NCBI GenBank assembly: GCA_963804615.1
Contig: CAWDRA010000007.1
Coordinates: 20,191 to 84,190, forward strand
DNA length: 64,000 bases
Source of the DNA: an uncultured Actinomycetota bacterium
Lineage (GTDB): Bacteria; Actinomycetota; Thermoleophilia; Solirubrobacterales; Solirubrobacteraceae
Direction: 5' to 3'
Position 1 is the first letter of the stretch; every line of letters starts with the position of its first letter. Below are positions 51,282 through 62,695 of this stretch, piece after piece. The notes under the pieces were generated by a model. That model did no database searches, had not been told where the DNA came from, and worked only from the letters and a program-made list of their open reading frames with translations. A program made the translations under genes and the position numbers.

Positions 51282-51947
51282 ATGAGCGCGACCCAAGCAC
51301 CAACTGTGCAATCCAGGCAACGATCGATGCTCCGGTTCGACCGTGCCGAACGCGCCGTGCACTGGGTCAATGCTCTGTTGTTCCTGGTCCTGATAGTCAC
51401 CGGAGCCGCGTTGTATTTCAGCCCGCTGATCGCACTCGTCGGACGACGGCGGCTCGTTGAGCAGGTGCACCTCTACGTCGGGCTCGCCCTCCCGCTGCCG
51501 CTGCTGATCGGGCTCGTGGGCAGCTGGGGACGCGGCCTGCGTCGCGACGTCAGTCGGATCAACGGCTGGACTGAGGCTGACCTACAGTGGCTGCGTGGCC
51601 TCGTGGACACCGCTTCAGGCCGCCGGCAGTCGACCGCCCGGCCACGAATCGGCAAGTTCAACGCGGGGCAGAAGCTGAACGCGGCGTTCGTCGTCGGCGG
51701 CGGGCTCGTCATGCTGGGGACGGGCGCCCTTCTTCGTTGGTACGTGCCCTTCCCGCTCTCATGGCGGGCAGGCGCCACATTTGTGCACAACTGGCTCGCG
51801 GTGTTGATCGTGATCTTGATCCTGGGCCACATCACACTTGCGCTCATAGATCGCGAGGCGCTGCGGTCCATGCTCGGGGGACACGTGAGCAGAGCGTGGG
51901 CCGCCCGGCACGCGCCGGCGTGGCTCGACGAATCAGACGGCCATTGA
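51282..51947 (+). CDS. Cytochrome b (FdnI-like) membrane partner
   Basis: RFDRAERAVHW, HLYVG, GKFNAGQK, FVHNW, GHI, WAARHAPAW. Confidence 0.88.
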   Translation: MSATQAPTVQSRQRSMLRFDRAERAVHWVNALLFLVLIVTGAALYFSPLIALVGRRRLVEQVHLYVGLALPLPLLIGLVGSWGRGLRRDVSRINGWTEADLQWLRGLVDTASGRRQSTARPRIGKFNAGQKLNAAFVVGGGLVMLGTGALLRWYVPFPLSWRAGATFVHNWLAVLIVILILGHITLALIDREALRSMLGGHVSRAWAARHAPAWLDESDGH

Positions 51948-51997
51948 TTCCTGCGGCAGAGCCACGGCGCGGCCGTTAGATCGGCTACGGTCGTCCG

Positions 51998-52477
51998 GTG
52001 GGCGTCGATTTCATCCAGCCAGGCTGGCAACCGGACAGATTCCCTGGCCGCCACGTCGCCGCGGTGGGCGCTGAGGCCGGGGCGCGGGAACTCGGCGCGA
52101 GTGTCTTCGAACTCGAGCCTGGTGCCGTCGGCTCGCCGTTCCACGTCCACCACGCCAACGAGGAGCTCTTGCTCGTCCTTGCCGGAACACTGTCACTCCG
52201 CGGTCCCGGCGGAACGCAGCTCCTGCATGCCGGCGCAGTGGTCGCGTTCCCTCGTGGGCGGGCAGGTGCCCACGGTCTGGTCAACCGCTCCGACGCACCC
52301 GCCCGCTATCTGGTCGTCTCAACCGCCAACAGCCCGGATGTCGTCGAGTACCCCGACACAGGCGCAACGCTTGTCGTCCTGTCCGAACAGCGCCAGATCT
52401 ATCCGCGCGGCACCGGCGAGGACCCGACGCCTGCCATCGCCGACGCGATGCGGGAGTTGCAAGACCGACACGCGTGA
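51998..52477 (+). CDS. Cupin domain protein
   Basis: PFHVHHANEELL.VL.G, AHGLVN, VVEYPDTG. Confidence 0.85.
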   Translation: MGVDFIQPGWQPDRFPGRHVAAVGAEAGARELGASVFELEPGAVGSPFHVHHANEELLLVLAGTLSLRGPGGTQLLHAGAVVAFPRGRAGAHGLVNRSDAPARYLVVSTANSPDVVEYPDTGATLVVLSEQRQIYPRGTGEDPTPAIADAMRELQDRHA

Positions 52478-52713
52478 CCTGCATCCAGCGGTTGGTCCGA
52501 GCGTGCTCGGCGTGGGTTAGCGACAGATCGCACAGCCCGTGGCCCATCGACGCGCGCATGCGCCGGAGGGACGAGGCGTCACGAGAGTCTCACCGGCTGC
52601 GCCGGTCTTGAGAGCTCGCGCGGATCACGAATGGCCGAAGGAAGCTCGCAAGGGCTGTCGCTCCGGACGGGTTGAGATGCAGCCCGTCAGTGCCGAACCA
52701 TGGTTTCCCCGCG

Positions 52714-53314
52714 CTATGGGCGTTCCAGTCTGCAACGATCAGCTCCGGCCAGCGCTCGCGCGGCCGTCTTGATCTCGGCGTTGATCGATCTGTAGTCCGA
52801 GGCGTAGGTCCCTGCCTCCCGTAGCGTCACCCAGACGACGCTCCGCGCATCCTGTGAGAGAGCGGCGCGCATGATCCTGTCGATCCCCCGCGCGTAACCC
52901 GAGGACGAGTCGTTATACCCGACGTCTACCACCAACACCTGCCCGAGCCGGGAGCCATACGACCTCACGGCGCTCAACGCAGTTGGTGGTGCGCTCCCCT
53001 GATACGGACAGCTCGGCTCGATCAAACGTCGGCAGACTTTGAGATCAAGCCGCACCGCCAGACCGTGTTCGAGATCCGCCTGGGCAGCCGGCACATACGA
53101 GATCGACGCCGCGACAGAGTCGCTGACGACTGTGACAACCGTGCTCTTCGCGGCTGCACACGCCGGTGCGACAAGGCTGGTTGCAGACCCAGACGACAGA
53201 CAGCATGATGCAGACGCGAGCCAGCGCCGTCCTGCGAACCACAGGCCGTCGAGGGCTCCCGGCCATGCGACCGAACACGTCTATGCACTGCGGCCGTCCC
53301 GCGAGGCTGTCCAC
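52714..53314 (-). CDS. Secreted SGNH/GDSL-like protein (frameshifted)
   Basis: VGDSVAASI in one frame; VDVGYND, VVWVTL, ADWN..S in others; ends uncertain. Confidence 0.55.
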
Positions 53315-53776
53315 GATGTCACGTCACCTCCCTCAGCAAACGCGACCTGCGCGTCGCGCCGTGAACCTTGCGCGGGTCGGTCCCACCTCAACGGAGACCT
53401 GGCGCGAGGCCGATCTCGAGCAAGCGTAGCTTGAACGGTAGGCAACTCAGATCCTTCGGCCTACAACCTGTCGACCACTGGCCGGGTCTGTCTGAGCATC
53501 GCATCGATCTCGGAGGTCAGGAGGCGGAGCTCGAGTTCCGCTGGATCTTCCGGGCAGAACTCGTGGAGTCGGTCCGGCCACGTCCTGCACTCCGGTTCAG
53601 CGCCGTGACGACAACCGCGGGTCGCAGGCCTCTGACTTGGCTCCACCGCCGTGGCCAAAACGTGCGGCGATCCGGGCTGCTGATGACGTGCGTTGTGCAC
53701 TGGTTGAGGGCTTTGGACGTTCGGCGGTTCTGCTTACACAGAACATGTGGCCGGTGCTCGATTCCCCGCCGCAGGG

Positions 53777-56468
53777 TCAGCGAACGGGTGGCTCGTGGAT
53801 GGTCGTGCGTCTGGATGTCGACATGCCACCTTTGACAGTCGCGTTCAGGACGACCGACAGGCGGTGTTGCTTCGCGTTGCGCAGCAGCGTGACGCCGGCT
53901 GCGGTCAGCTTGATCTTCACGGTGCGCGAGCCACCTGCCGGGATTGAATAGCTTGACGTGACCGATCACGGTGCTCTCACGCTTGCGCTTGTGATCCTTG
54001 AGAATTACGTCACGCGTGTGGACGAGCTTGAGGGAACCGTGGCAGGCGGCACCTTTGGAGCCGCGAACATGGATGCTGACATCGTTGCCTGAGAGCTTCA
54101 GCCCGCCGTCGCTGATGGAGACGGTGAGCATCGGTTTGGGCTTGACCGTCGCCGTGACCTTGACTGACACCGGCGGGGATGTCGTTTGCGCTGGCCCGCT
54201 GACTGTCGGGGGCCCGCTGACTCCTGTTCCGCTCGAAAGCGACACCTGGGCGGCGAGGAGTGCGAAGACCGCGCCGAGGGTTGGGTGAGCTTGGATTCCG
54301 CTCACCTCGGTGGCGTTGGTGGTGTTGTACCGGTCGCCGTAGGGGACGAGAGACGGGGTGTCGTTGATGTAGGCCACGTTGCGGCTCATCAGCTCGTCGG
54401 CGATCGGGTAGCTGTTGAGCCAGGCTGGGAGGTAAAAGAGCCAGGCAGTCTTGGTGAGAGGGGTGTTGGTCTCGAGCGGCATGCCGTACGGGGCGAGCTT
54501 GTTCATATAGAAGGCGGCCTGATTGGCCGCGATCTGATCTGGCACCAGTGAAACGCCGATCACCAACTGGTAGTAGGCGTTGTAAAGAGATGACCAGGTC
54601 CCGGTCTCGCCTTGGTCGAGGTTGAGATAGTTGCCGGCCGACGTGTCAGTCGACAGGCTGATCCACGGGCCGATGTTGTCGGTTGCAGCATCCGACCAGG
54701 TGGTGGCGTCTGCATCGTCTCCGATGATCGTCGCGATCTGACTGGCGGCCATGAGTCCGATGATGGCCTTGATCCCGAGGTTCACCGAAGCCGTGACCGG
54801 CGAGTAGCCCGGAGCCCAGTCATCGGTCGTGAGCTGCCTGGCGGGCGTCGGCACCTGAGTCATCAGATACTGGGCCCATTGGGTCCACAACTGCTGCCAT
54901 TGGCTCAGAAACGGCTGTGCCACCGTCGCTCCGACGGCGCGGGCATACGCCGCGGCCATGATCAGCATCCCGGCGGATTCCTCGATCGGCATCTGCTCGC
55001 CGTTGCCCGGCACACGCCCGGAGGCGACCGGGTAGACACCGAGGTCGTGCACGCAGTAATAGGGTTGAGATATCCCTGACCAAGCGGCAGCCGACTGCCA
55101 GGCCGAGGACGCGCACCAGTCCAGAATCGGCGCCATCACCAACGGGATCATCTCTGGGTCGAGCCAGAGCCAGGCGAGAAATGCCTGATCGAAGATGTCG
55201 ACCGTGTTGGTGTCGCCGTCTGAGGAGATCTCCTTCCCGAGCAGCCAGGGATCGCCGTTGGGGCCGATGGCGAGTTCTGTACCTCCGTAGCACTGACGCA
55301 GCGCGAGGGCGCAGGCGGCAGCATATCCCGGTCCTCCTGCCGCCGTAGCGTCCGCTTCCAGTTCGGCGTCGAGCGCAATCGCACGCTGGCGCGCAGACGC
55401 AGCGCCAGAGATGAAGGCGGCTGTCATCGACTGCCAGCCGCTCGACCAGTAGTGCGTCCAGAGCGGCAGCAGCTGTGTCGCGGACTGCCCGTAGCTGATC
55501 AGCGGAGTGCGTACATGCCCGAGTACGAAGTTGGTAGAGCCCGGAGTTGAGCCGAAGTCGACAGCAAAGGCGAACGCCGGCTGATTATCGTCGATGGCCC
55601 GCGGGATCGGATCGGAGCTGTCAAGGAGAGTCCCGTTGGACGCGAATTGGCTGCGTACTGCGACCGAGTCGCCTGACTGGTACGCGAGTGACGTACCAGT
55701 CGGCGCCGCCCAGACGACCGTGCCCCAGTTGGCCATCTGAGATGTCTCATTGAGAGGGCTCGGGCTCTGCAGCTCCACTGTCCAGTAACGCCCGGTGACA
55801 TCGGAGGTCGTCTGCCACTGGATCAGCGCGCTCTCGGTCGAGGAGGCCCATTCGCCGGTGATGTCGGCATAGACCTGGACGTCGTGTGAGTTCCCGTCAG
55901 TGAAACTCACTGAGATGGTCAATAGCGATAATGGAGCGGACTGCAGTTCAAGGTTGCCGGGCTCGACCGGAGAGAGCCATTCCGCGATCAACTCCACACC
56001 TCCGGCACCGGCCGTGAAGATCGAGCGAGTGGCCGTCACCTCTGTCGACACCGGCGTCAGGGGTGTCACGGTCACGTTGCCGCTCAATACCGGCTGACCC
56101 GCCCAGGCGTAGAGCTGGCCATCAATCCGTACGAGTCCGGCAAACCCGCGGGCTGCTCCATTCCAGAACTGTGGCGGCGCTGGCGGTCAGGGTGGTCGCG
56201 GGCAGCCAGCTTGAGAGGTAAGGCGACCGCACGGCCAGCGGTATCGAGGGTGGGCGCACGTTGGCGCCGCCCAGCGTCACCGAAGGTGCCGAGGACTCGA
56301 CGCTTGCGAATCGCTGGCTCCGGTCGTCGCCGCCGATGCCACCGGGGTGGTACCGGTCAAATCCTGCAGCAGCGCGAGTCCAGGTGCTGCCAGGGTCACG
56401 GCGCCCAGCACCCTCAAAAGTGCCCGACGGTCGATCGGCGGCAAAGTCAGATCGTCAGACAGAGTCAA
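53777..56468 (-). CDS. Tat-exported GtaA/glutaminase-A-like (DUF5127/DUF4965/DUF1793) protein, frameshifted
   Basis: IDRRALL Tat signal, PLAVRSPYLSSW, KEISSDG..NTVD, HDLG.YP, MPIEES, QLTTDDW, PYGDRY; C-terminal VKIKLTAAG..LL domain after a frameshift. Confidence 0.8.
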
Positions 56469-56478
56469 TTCATCTTAG

Positions 56479-58129
56479 CCTGGAACCACCGATTCGGTGA
56501 TCGGGGTGAGCGGCTGCCGGCGAATTGGTGGTGAGTGGCTGCTCTGGCTGGTCGTGACGGTCGTGGTGATCGTTGTTGACCGGCAGCCGGGGCGTTGAGA
56601 TGCTGGTTTTGGCTGTTTTCGGGCAGCGGTGAGTGCGGCTGTTGCCGTCGGGGTCTGCTGGATCTCAGGGGTCGGTCGGGTTGCGTTCAGCGCAGCGCTG
56701 GCAAGGCCCGTAACTGTTGCAGGACTGTGAGGAACTCGGTCTGCCATGGCCAGCGGGCTGGCAGCCGTAGCGTCCAGCGGCGGCCGCTGTGAAGGAGCCG
56801 GCCGGGGATCGTGAGCAGCCGGCGGCGTCTGGTGCTGGCGGTTTGGACCGGCTTGGTTGGCTGGCCGATCAGTGTGCTCCACCGGCCGAGGTTGTGCGCG
56901 AGCGCGGCTATCACGGTCCAGGCGCTGTTCGCCGAGTAGATGCCGGAGGGGAAGTGCGCCAGCGCCTGGTCTTTGAGGTCACGGATCCCGAGCTCGATCA
57001 TCGCGTGGTCGCGATGATCGATGTCAGCGGTGAGCGTGGGAACAGTCCGGTTGGTCGCGAAAGCAGTGGTAGCGCCAGTCGGGCCACAACTCGAGCCTGC
57101 TCACCGACCAGACGGGTGCGGCGCACGATCAGCCGGAACTGCCCGAGCATCGTTTCGGCGATCTGAGCCTCACCGGTGTCCGGGTAGTCAGCGACCGCGA
57201 CCCAGTCCTCTCGGGGATCTCGGTCGATCAGCGCCCGCATCGTCTTTGACTGCTTGACGCCGATCGAGAACTCCACACCGTCACGGTGAAGTGCCTTGAA
57301 CTGCTTGTGGTTCTCAAAACCCGAGTCGGCGCGGATCACGATCAGGCCTTTGTGGCCGGCACGGCGGACACGGGCGAGCAGCTCATCGATGAATCGCTCA
57401 AACCCCCGCTGGGTGTTCGCTGAGCCTTTGCGGTTGCGGATATGGATGACCTCGCCGGTATCCGCGCGGACCGCGAGCAACGGGTGGTAACCGAGCCGGT
57501 GGGTGTAGCCGTAACCGGCGCCCTGCTTCTGGTACCGTAGACCTCGCCGACGAAGCTGTCGATATCGATCACCAACGGCAGATCACCAGGCCCCGCACCG
57601 GCAGCCCATGCACGAGCGAGCGCGACATCCAGAACACGGTCGAGTTGGCGGACATGCCCGAAGCTGAACGCCCGCAGAAACGTCCCAAGGTGGAGGGGGC
57701 CATCACCCGGTGCCCCAGGACTGGCCTGGTCGACCCGGCGCGCAACAGATCCATGTCATCGATGCTGTCGGCCCCGGCGAGCATCCCGTGCATCAGGGTC
57801 ATGACCTTGCGGCCCGGCAACGCCGCGCCCGGCGTCCCATAAGGCAGCCACACCGACTCATTGACCAGCCCTTCCAGCCCGAGCCGCTCCGCCAGCGTCG
57901 CGGTCAACAGCAGCCCGGCGTCGCTGATCAACCGCTGCTCGTTGAACTCAACGCCACCGAATCAAGCGACCGCGGGCCCGCGAGAACGTCCGCCCGTCCT
58001 GCACCATATGAGTGACCTCCTGACCAGGGCCCCGACTGCCGCACAACAGCCTGTACAAAGTCCCTGCTCAGGAGGTCATTTAAGACTCAGCCCCGGACGG
58101 CAACCCCGGCCACGATCGGTGTGTCCAGG
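56479..58129 (-). mobile_element. IS1380-family insertion sequence (1651 bp)
   Basis: Terminal inverted repeats CCTGGAACCACCGAT / CCTGGACACACCGAT; flanking direct repeat CTTAG at 56474-56478 and 58130-58134. Confidence 0.88.
56687..58007 (-). CDS. IS1380 DDE transposase (multiple frameshifts)
   Basis: SDAGLLL, APSTLG, IDIDS, GYHPLLA, RADSGF, IELGIRDLK, ANSAW...AHNL; GGAGG RBS. Confidence 0.88.
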
Positions 58130-58541
58130 CTTAGACCGAAGCGCGCTCGAGGTCAGAACAATCCTTCGGCGACAGTCCATGCGTCCACCACTTCCAGATG
58201 GTCTCTTGCCGCGCTCCCGCCACGGTCGGCGTTGGAAGTTGGAGCATCATTTCCGATCTCTGAATGGCTCCCAGGGCCGGCTGTTGGATGTCTCTCCCGC
58301 TGTGGAGTTGGTGGGTCCACGGTGTGGCGTCGATCAACGCCCGAAGGGAAACCGTCATGTAACCCAGCGTCAACTCGCGCAGGCCGACTTCGGCGTCACC
58401 TCCGCGTACCTGCGAGGGAGCGACAACACCGAGATGCCACACCGTTCATGACGACCCACACCGATGATCCCGGCAGCCGCGAGGCAGATTCGCGACACCC
58501 AGCCGTCATATGAGAAGCGCGACGGGCGCTGTTCACACGAA

Positions 58542-58946
58542 TCAGCGTGGCCAGAGTTCGCCTCGAACCAACTCAACCGAGTTGCCGGCCGGATCGCGGA
58601 AGTACAGCTGGCCCGCTTCCGGGTCGGCATGTTCCTTTTCGATCGCAACGCCCAGCTCAAGCAGGCGGGTGCGCCATTCCGTGAGCTCGGAGCCGTTCAC
58701 GTGGAAGGCAACGTGGCCCGAACCGGCAGCTCCGTGGGACGGGGTGGGTCGTCCCGGCACAGAGCTGTTGCGCGGATCGAACACCAGCAGCATTGAGCCG
58801 TCCGATAGCCGGAAAGCCGCAACGAGGCCTTCAACGCTGTCGACCAGCCTCAATCCAAGCGCATCGCGATAGAACGCGGCCGCCGCCTCCAGGTCCTCGG
58901 CATAGAGGACGGTCTCGTACACGCGGCGAGGTGGTTCCAACCACAC
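58542..58946 (-). CDS. VOC/glyoxalase family protein
   Basis: YETVLY..DLEAA.AFY, GHVAF, YFRDPAGNSVEL. Confidence 0.88.
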   Translation of the reverse strand: MWLEPPRRVYETVLYAEDLEAAAAFYRDALGLRLVDSVEGLVAAFRLSDGSMLLVFDPRNSSVPGRPTPSHGAAGSGHVAFHVNGSELTEWRTRLLELGVAIEKEHADPEAGQLYFRDPAGNSVELVRGELWPR

Positions 58947-59092
58947 GCTCGAATCATGGCACCGAGCACCAGGCGCAGCGTAGGCCAGAGATTGAGTCCG
59001 GCCCGTGGCACCTTCGAGAGATGTGTGCGAGCCCGGGTTGCCTGCGCTCCGGCAAGCCCAGTCCTCGTAAGTCTGGGATGCTGTGGTCAGCG

Positions 59093-59860
59093 ATGAGTTT
59101 CCGTCCTGTGGTGTTGGTCCCGGGCGCATGTCTGGGTGGCTGGGCGTGGCGAGATGTGGCGGGCCAGCTGCGCGCCCTCGGTCACGAGGTCTATCCGGTC
59201 ACGCTCACGGGCCTCGGCGACCGCGCTCATTTGGCCGATCCGAGCGTCGATCTTGACACCCACATCGCGGATGTTCTCGGTGTCCTTGACTGCGAGGACC
59301 TACACGACGCTGTGCTCGTCGGGCACAGCTACGCCGGCGTGGTAGTCGCCGGTGCTGCCGACCGCCGGTCCGAGCGACTCAACGCCGTCGTGTATCTGGA
59401 CTGCTCTCCGCTACCCGACGGGATCGCGATCAGTGACGTGCAAACTCCCGAGCAACGCGAAGCTCAGCGCTCGGCAGTCGAGAGTCGTGGCGGGGGCTGG
59501 CGCTGGCCGGTTCCGGACCGCGCAACTCTTGAGACGGGCCAGTTCGGCAGCACGGCAGGCCTGACCGACGAACACTTCACCGCAATCACAGACCGCGGCA
59601 CCCCGCAACCCTACGCGACCTTCACCACGCCGCTGCGACTTCAGCATGAAAGACCCGCAGGTGTCCGTCGATCAGTGATCTTCTGCACCGCAGGCGGGAT
59701 TACCGTCGCCGGAGTCGAAGAGCTGATCGCGCACGGAGACCCTCGTGCCGCCCCGTTCGCCGATCCAGACTGGAACCTGCACGAACTCCCAACGGGCCAT
59801 TGGGCGATGTTTTCGGCGCCCGATCAGGTCGCTCAAACGCTCCACCAAATCGCTGGCTGA
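59093..59860 (+). CDS. Alpha/beta-fold hydrolase (esterase)
   Basis: VLVPGA.LGGW, GHSYAG, TGHW. Confidence 0.9.
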   Translation: MSFRPVVLVPGACLGGWAWRDVAGQLRALGHEVYPVTLTGLGDRAHLADPSVDLDTHIADVLGVLDCEDLHDAVLVGHSYAGVVVAGAADRRSERLNAVVYLDCSPLPDGIAISDVQTPEQREAQRSAVESRGGGWRWPVPDRATLETGQFGSTAGLTDEHFTAITDRGTPQPYATFTTPLRLQHERPAGVRRSVIFCTAGGITVAGVEELIAHGDPRAAPFADPDWNLHELPTGHWAMFSAPDQVAQTLHQIAG

Positions 59861-60031
59861 ACCTATCACTCAGCAGGCGGGTCTCTGCCGAGCAGTTCAC
59901 ATCGGTCGTTGAAGCAGCCGATATTCGCCAAGCCAGGTCCGTGCTGCGCCGGCGTCTGGTCACCAAGCCGGTAGCGCTGTCGGCGACGCTGAGGTGAAAC
60001 GTCGTACACGGCTGGAACGCCTTGGGCGCGG

Positions 60032-60450
60032 CTAGCCTTGGGCCGCCTCAATATTGGCCGCGGTGTCCAACACCTCTCGAAGTGCGGTCACCTTGCCGTC
60101 AGGCCCGAACGTCCACAGGTGAATGACTACTTCGTCGAGCCGTTTCCCGTTGGGTAGGTCGGCGACCAGCCGAAGTTCGACCGCCAGTTGGCGGTCGGAG
60201 CTGAGCATGTCAAGTACGTCGAAGCGCTCGTACTTCCATGTGCCGACGATCTCAAAGAACTCGACGACCTCAGCGGGACCGCGGCGGGTTTCAGCCATGG
60301 CACGCCGGCGGCATGCGGGGTCCATGGCTCGTCGGCGTGGTTCCAGACGATCTCCTCCGCCAGGTGGGATAGGACCTGGGGAACCTCGCCGCGACCAAAC
60401 GCGTCATACATTGCGGTCACGGTGGTTTTGTGTTGATCAGCGGTGCTCAT
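60032..60450 (-). CDS. SnoaL/NTF2-like protein (frameshift)
   Basis: MYDAFGRGEV, VPWL..RRGPAEV.EFF, HLWTFG.DGKV. Confidence 0.8.
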
Positions 60451-60579
60451 ACCAGGATCCTTTCACTGGAAGCCGCCGAAGTGAAATAAATCGGCAGGTC
60501 CCTCTCTGCCAATGTCCGGTGAGACGCTCAGCATCAAGGAATCAATGAACCTTGAGGGCGAGAACGGAGCACGCTGGAC

Positions 60580-61098
60580 ATGCAGGACAGCAGCACGAAT
60601 GGGATTCTCAGCAGCGCTGGGGTTGCCGCCGGCCCCGAAGACCAGGGAGGCGTAGCCGGACTGGGCTTTGGGGTCGGCGGGCGCGCCGAGCCGGAGGGGA
60701 TCCTCGCTGGAGGAGTTCCGGACCCGGAGCTGGTTGAGCAGGCCAGGCGTCGCAGGTTCACCGCCGAGTACAAGGCGCGCATCCTGGCCGAGGCGGACGC
60801 GTGCACGCGGCCGGGCGAGGTCGGCGAGCTGCTGCGTCGTGAGGGGCTCTACACGTCGCATCTGACCTATTGGCGTAAGCAACGCAAGGAAGGCGCGTTG
60901 AAGGAGCTCGGGCAGGCGCGCGGGCGCAAGCCGGCCGACAAGCGCGACGCTCAGATCGCGGCGCTGACCAGGCGGGCCGAGCGGGCCGAGTCTGAGCTTG
61001 TGAAGATGAAGCGGGTCGTGGAGATCCAGGGAAACGTCTCAGCGCTGTTGGAAGAGATGCTCGGTCAGGGCAGCGCGCAGAAGAGCACCGAGCGATGA
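60580..61098 (+). CDS. IS3 OrfA (HTH)
   Basis: RRRFTAEYKARIL, LLRREGLYTSHL..WR; start uncertain. Confidence 0.85.
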   Translation: MQDSSTNGILSSAGVAAGPEDQGGVAGLGFGVGGRAEPEGILAGGVPDPELVEQARRRRFTAEYKARILAEADACTRPGEVGELLRREGLYTSHLTYWRKQRKEGALKELGQARGRKPADKRDAQIAALTRRAERAESELVKMKRVVEIQGNVSALLEEMLGQGSAQKSTER

Positions 61099-62101
61099 TC
61101 GCCGCCACCGTCGAAGAGCTAACGCCGATCATCGGCACCAGGCCGGCGTGCCGGGCACTGGGCGCGTCTGTGGCGTCGATCTACCGCCGTCGTCGACCGC
61201 CGCAGCCCAGGCCGCCCAGGCCGCGGCCGACCCTGAGCGGGCGCTCACGCAGCCTGAGCGAGCGCGGGTGCTCGAGGTGCTGCACTCCGAGCGGTTCGTT
61301 GATGTCTCCCCGGAGGAGTGCTGGGCGACCTTGCTGGACGACGGCACCTACCTGTGCTCGCCGCGGACGATGTATCGCATCCTCGCCGCCCACCACGGCG
61401 GCGTGCGGGACCGCCGCAACCAGCTGACCCACCCGGCCTATGCGAAGCCCGAGCTGCTCGCGGAGCGGCCGAACGAGCTGTGGTCCTGGGACGTCTCGAA
61501 GCTGAAGGGGCCGGCGAAGTGGACCTACTACTACCTCTATGTGATGCTCGACGTGTTCAGCCGCTACATAGTCGGCTGGACCGTCCAATACCGCGAGAAC
61601 GGGCAGCTCGCCAAAGCGCTGATCGAGCAGGCCGCCGAGCAGCAGAAGATCACACCCGGGCTGCTGACCTTGCACGCCGACCGTGGCGGGCCGCAGCGCG
61701 CCAAGCCGGTCGCGTTCCTGTTGGCTGATCTCGGGATCACCAAGACGCACAGCCGGCCCTACACCTCAAGCGACAACCCCTACTCGGAGTCGACCTTCAA
61801 AACCCTGAAATACCGGCCCGCGTTTCCCGTCCGCTTCGCCTCGATCGAGCACGCCCGCGACCACTGCCACGCGTTCGTGCACTGGCACAACCATGAACAC
61901 CGACACTCCGGGATCGGCCTGATGACCCCCGCCGCCGTCCACCACGGCCACGCCGCGCAGCTCCACGCCGCCCGCGTGAGCGTGCTCGATGCCGCCTACG
62001 CCGCCCACCCCGAGCGGTTCGTCCGCAAGCCACCGACACCACCGCAGCTACCGACCGCCGTCTGGATCAACAAACCCAAGGAGGCAGCCGCCACTCACTA
62101 A
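61095..62101 (+). CDS. IS3 OrfB DDE integrase (one internal frameshift)
   Basis: PNELWSWDVSKL, LDVFSRY, HADRG, SDNPYSESTFKTLKY. Confidence 0.9.
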
Positions 62102-62371
62102 TTCACGACACGAAGCGTCTCACCGAGCTTGACAGGCTCCGGTCGAGATCGCGTCCACCAAACCGCGACCAAAGGAAGTGACGTCGATTTGTGTTGCCGA
62201 GAAGATGGGAGTGATCGCGATCACCCATTCGCGCCCGCGTCTGGGCGTGATGAGTGCCAGTGCGGTTATCGAGACGCCGACAGATCTGAGCGCGTCCTCG
62301 GGTTAGCGCGTAGAGTCGCCCTTCACTGCTGGACTAACCGCGCTCACGCGCAGAGGGACCGGGGATCGAAA

Positions 62372-62647
62372 ATGGCGCTTGGCTACTACATCACGGGTAA
62401 GGGCTTCACGCAGGAGCGGTATGACACCACTCTTGCCCAACTTGAAGAGGCCGGCGTCGGCGCTCCTGACGGGCGCGTGTCGCACGTGGCGCTCGAGACA
62501 GACGGCGAGATTCAGGTGTTCGATGTGTGGGAGTCGAAGGAGGCGTTTGAGGCGTTCGGCGCCATTCTGATCCCGATCCTCAACGCTGCCGGCATTGAAC
62601 TGAACGAGCCGATGGTGGCGCAGGTGCATAACGAGATCCGAGCCTGA
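62372..62647 (+). CDS. Small dimeric alpha/beta-barrel (ABM-like) protein
   Basis: PDGRVSH.A, VFDVWESKEAFEAF. Confidence 0.7.
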   Translation: MALGYYITGKGFTQERYDTTLAQLEEAGVGAPDGRVSHVALETDGEIQVFDVWESKEAFEAFGAILIPILNAAGIELNEPMVAQVHNEIRA

Positions 62648-62695
62648 TCGACGGAGCGGCCGGCTGCCGAGCTGCTCTAGCGCTCGTCTCTAGCG

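Larger units (their letters stand above)
60507..62134 (+). mobile_element. IS3-family insertion sequence
   Basis: Imperfect inverted repeats TGCCAATGTCCGGTGAGACGCT / TGTCAAGCTCGGTGAGACGCT with TG..CA ends; exact ends uncertain (could extend to about 60467-62141); no clear TSD. Confidence 0.75.
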
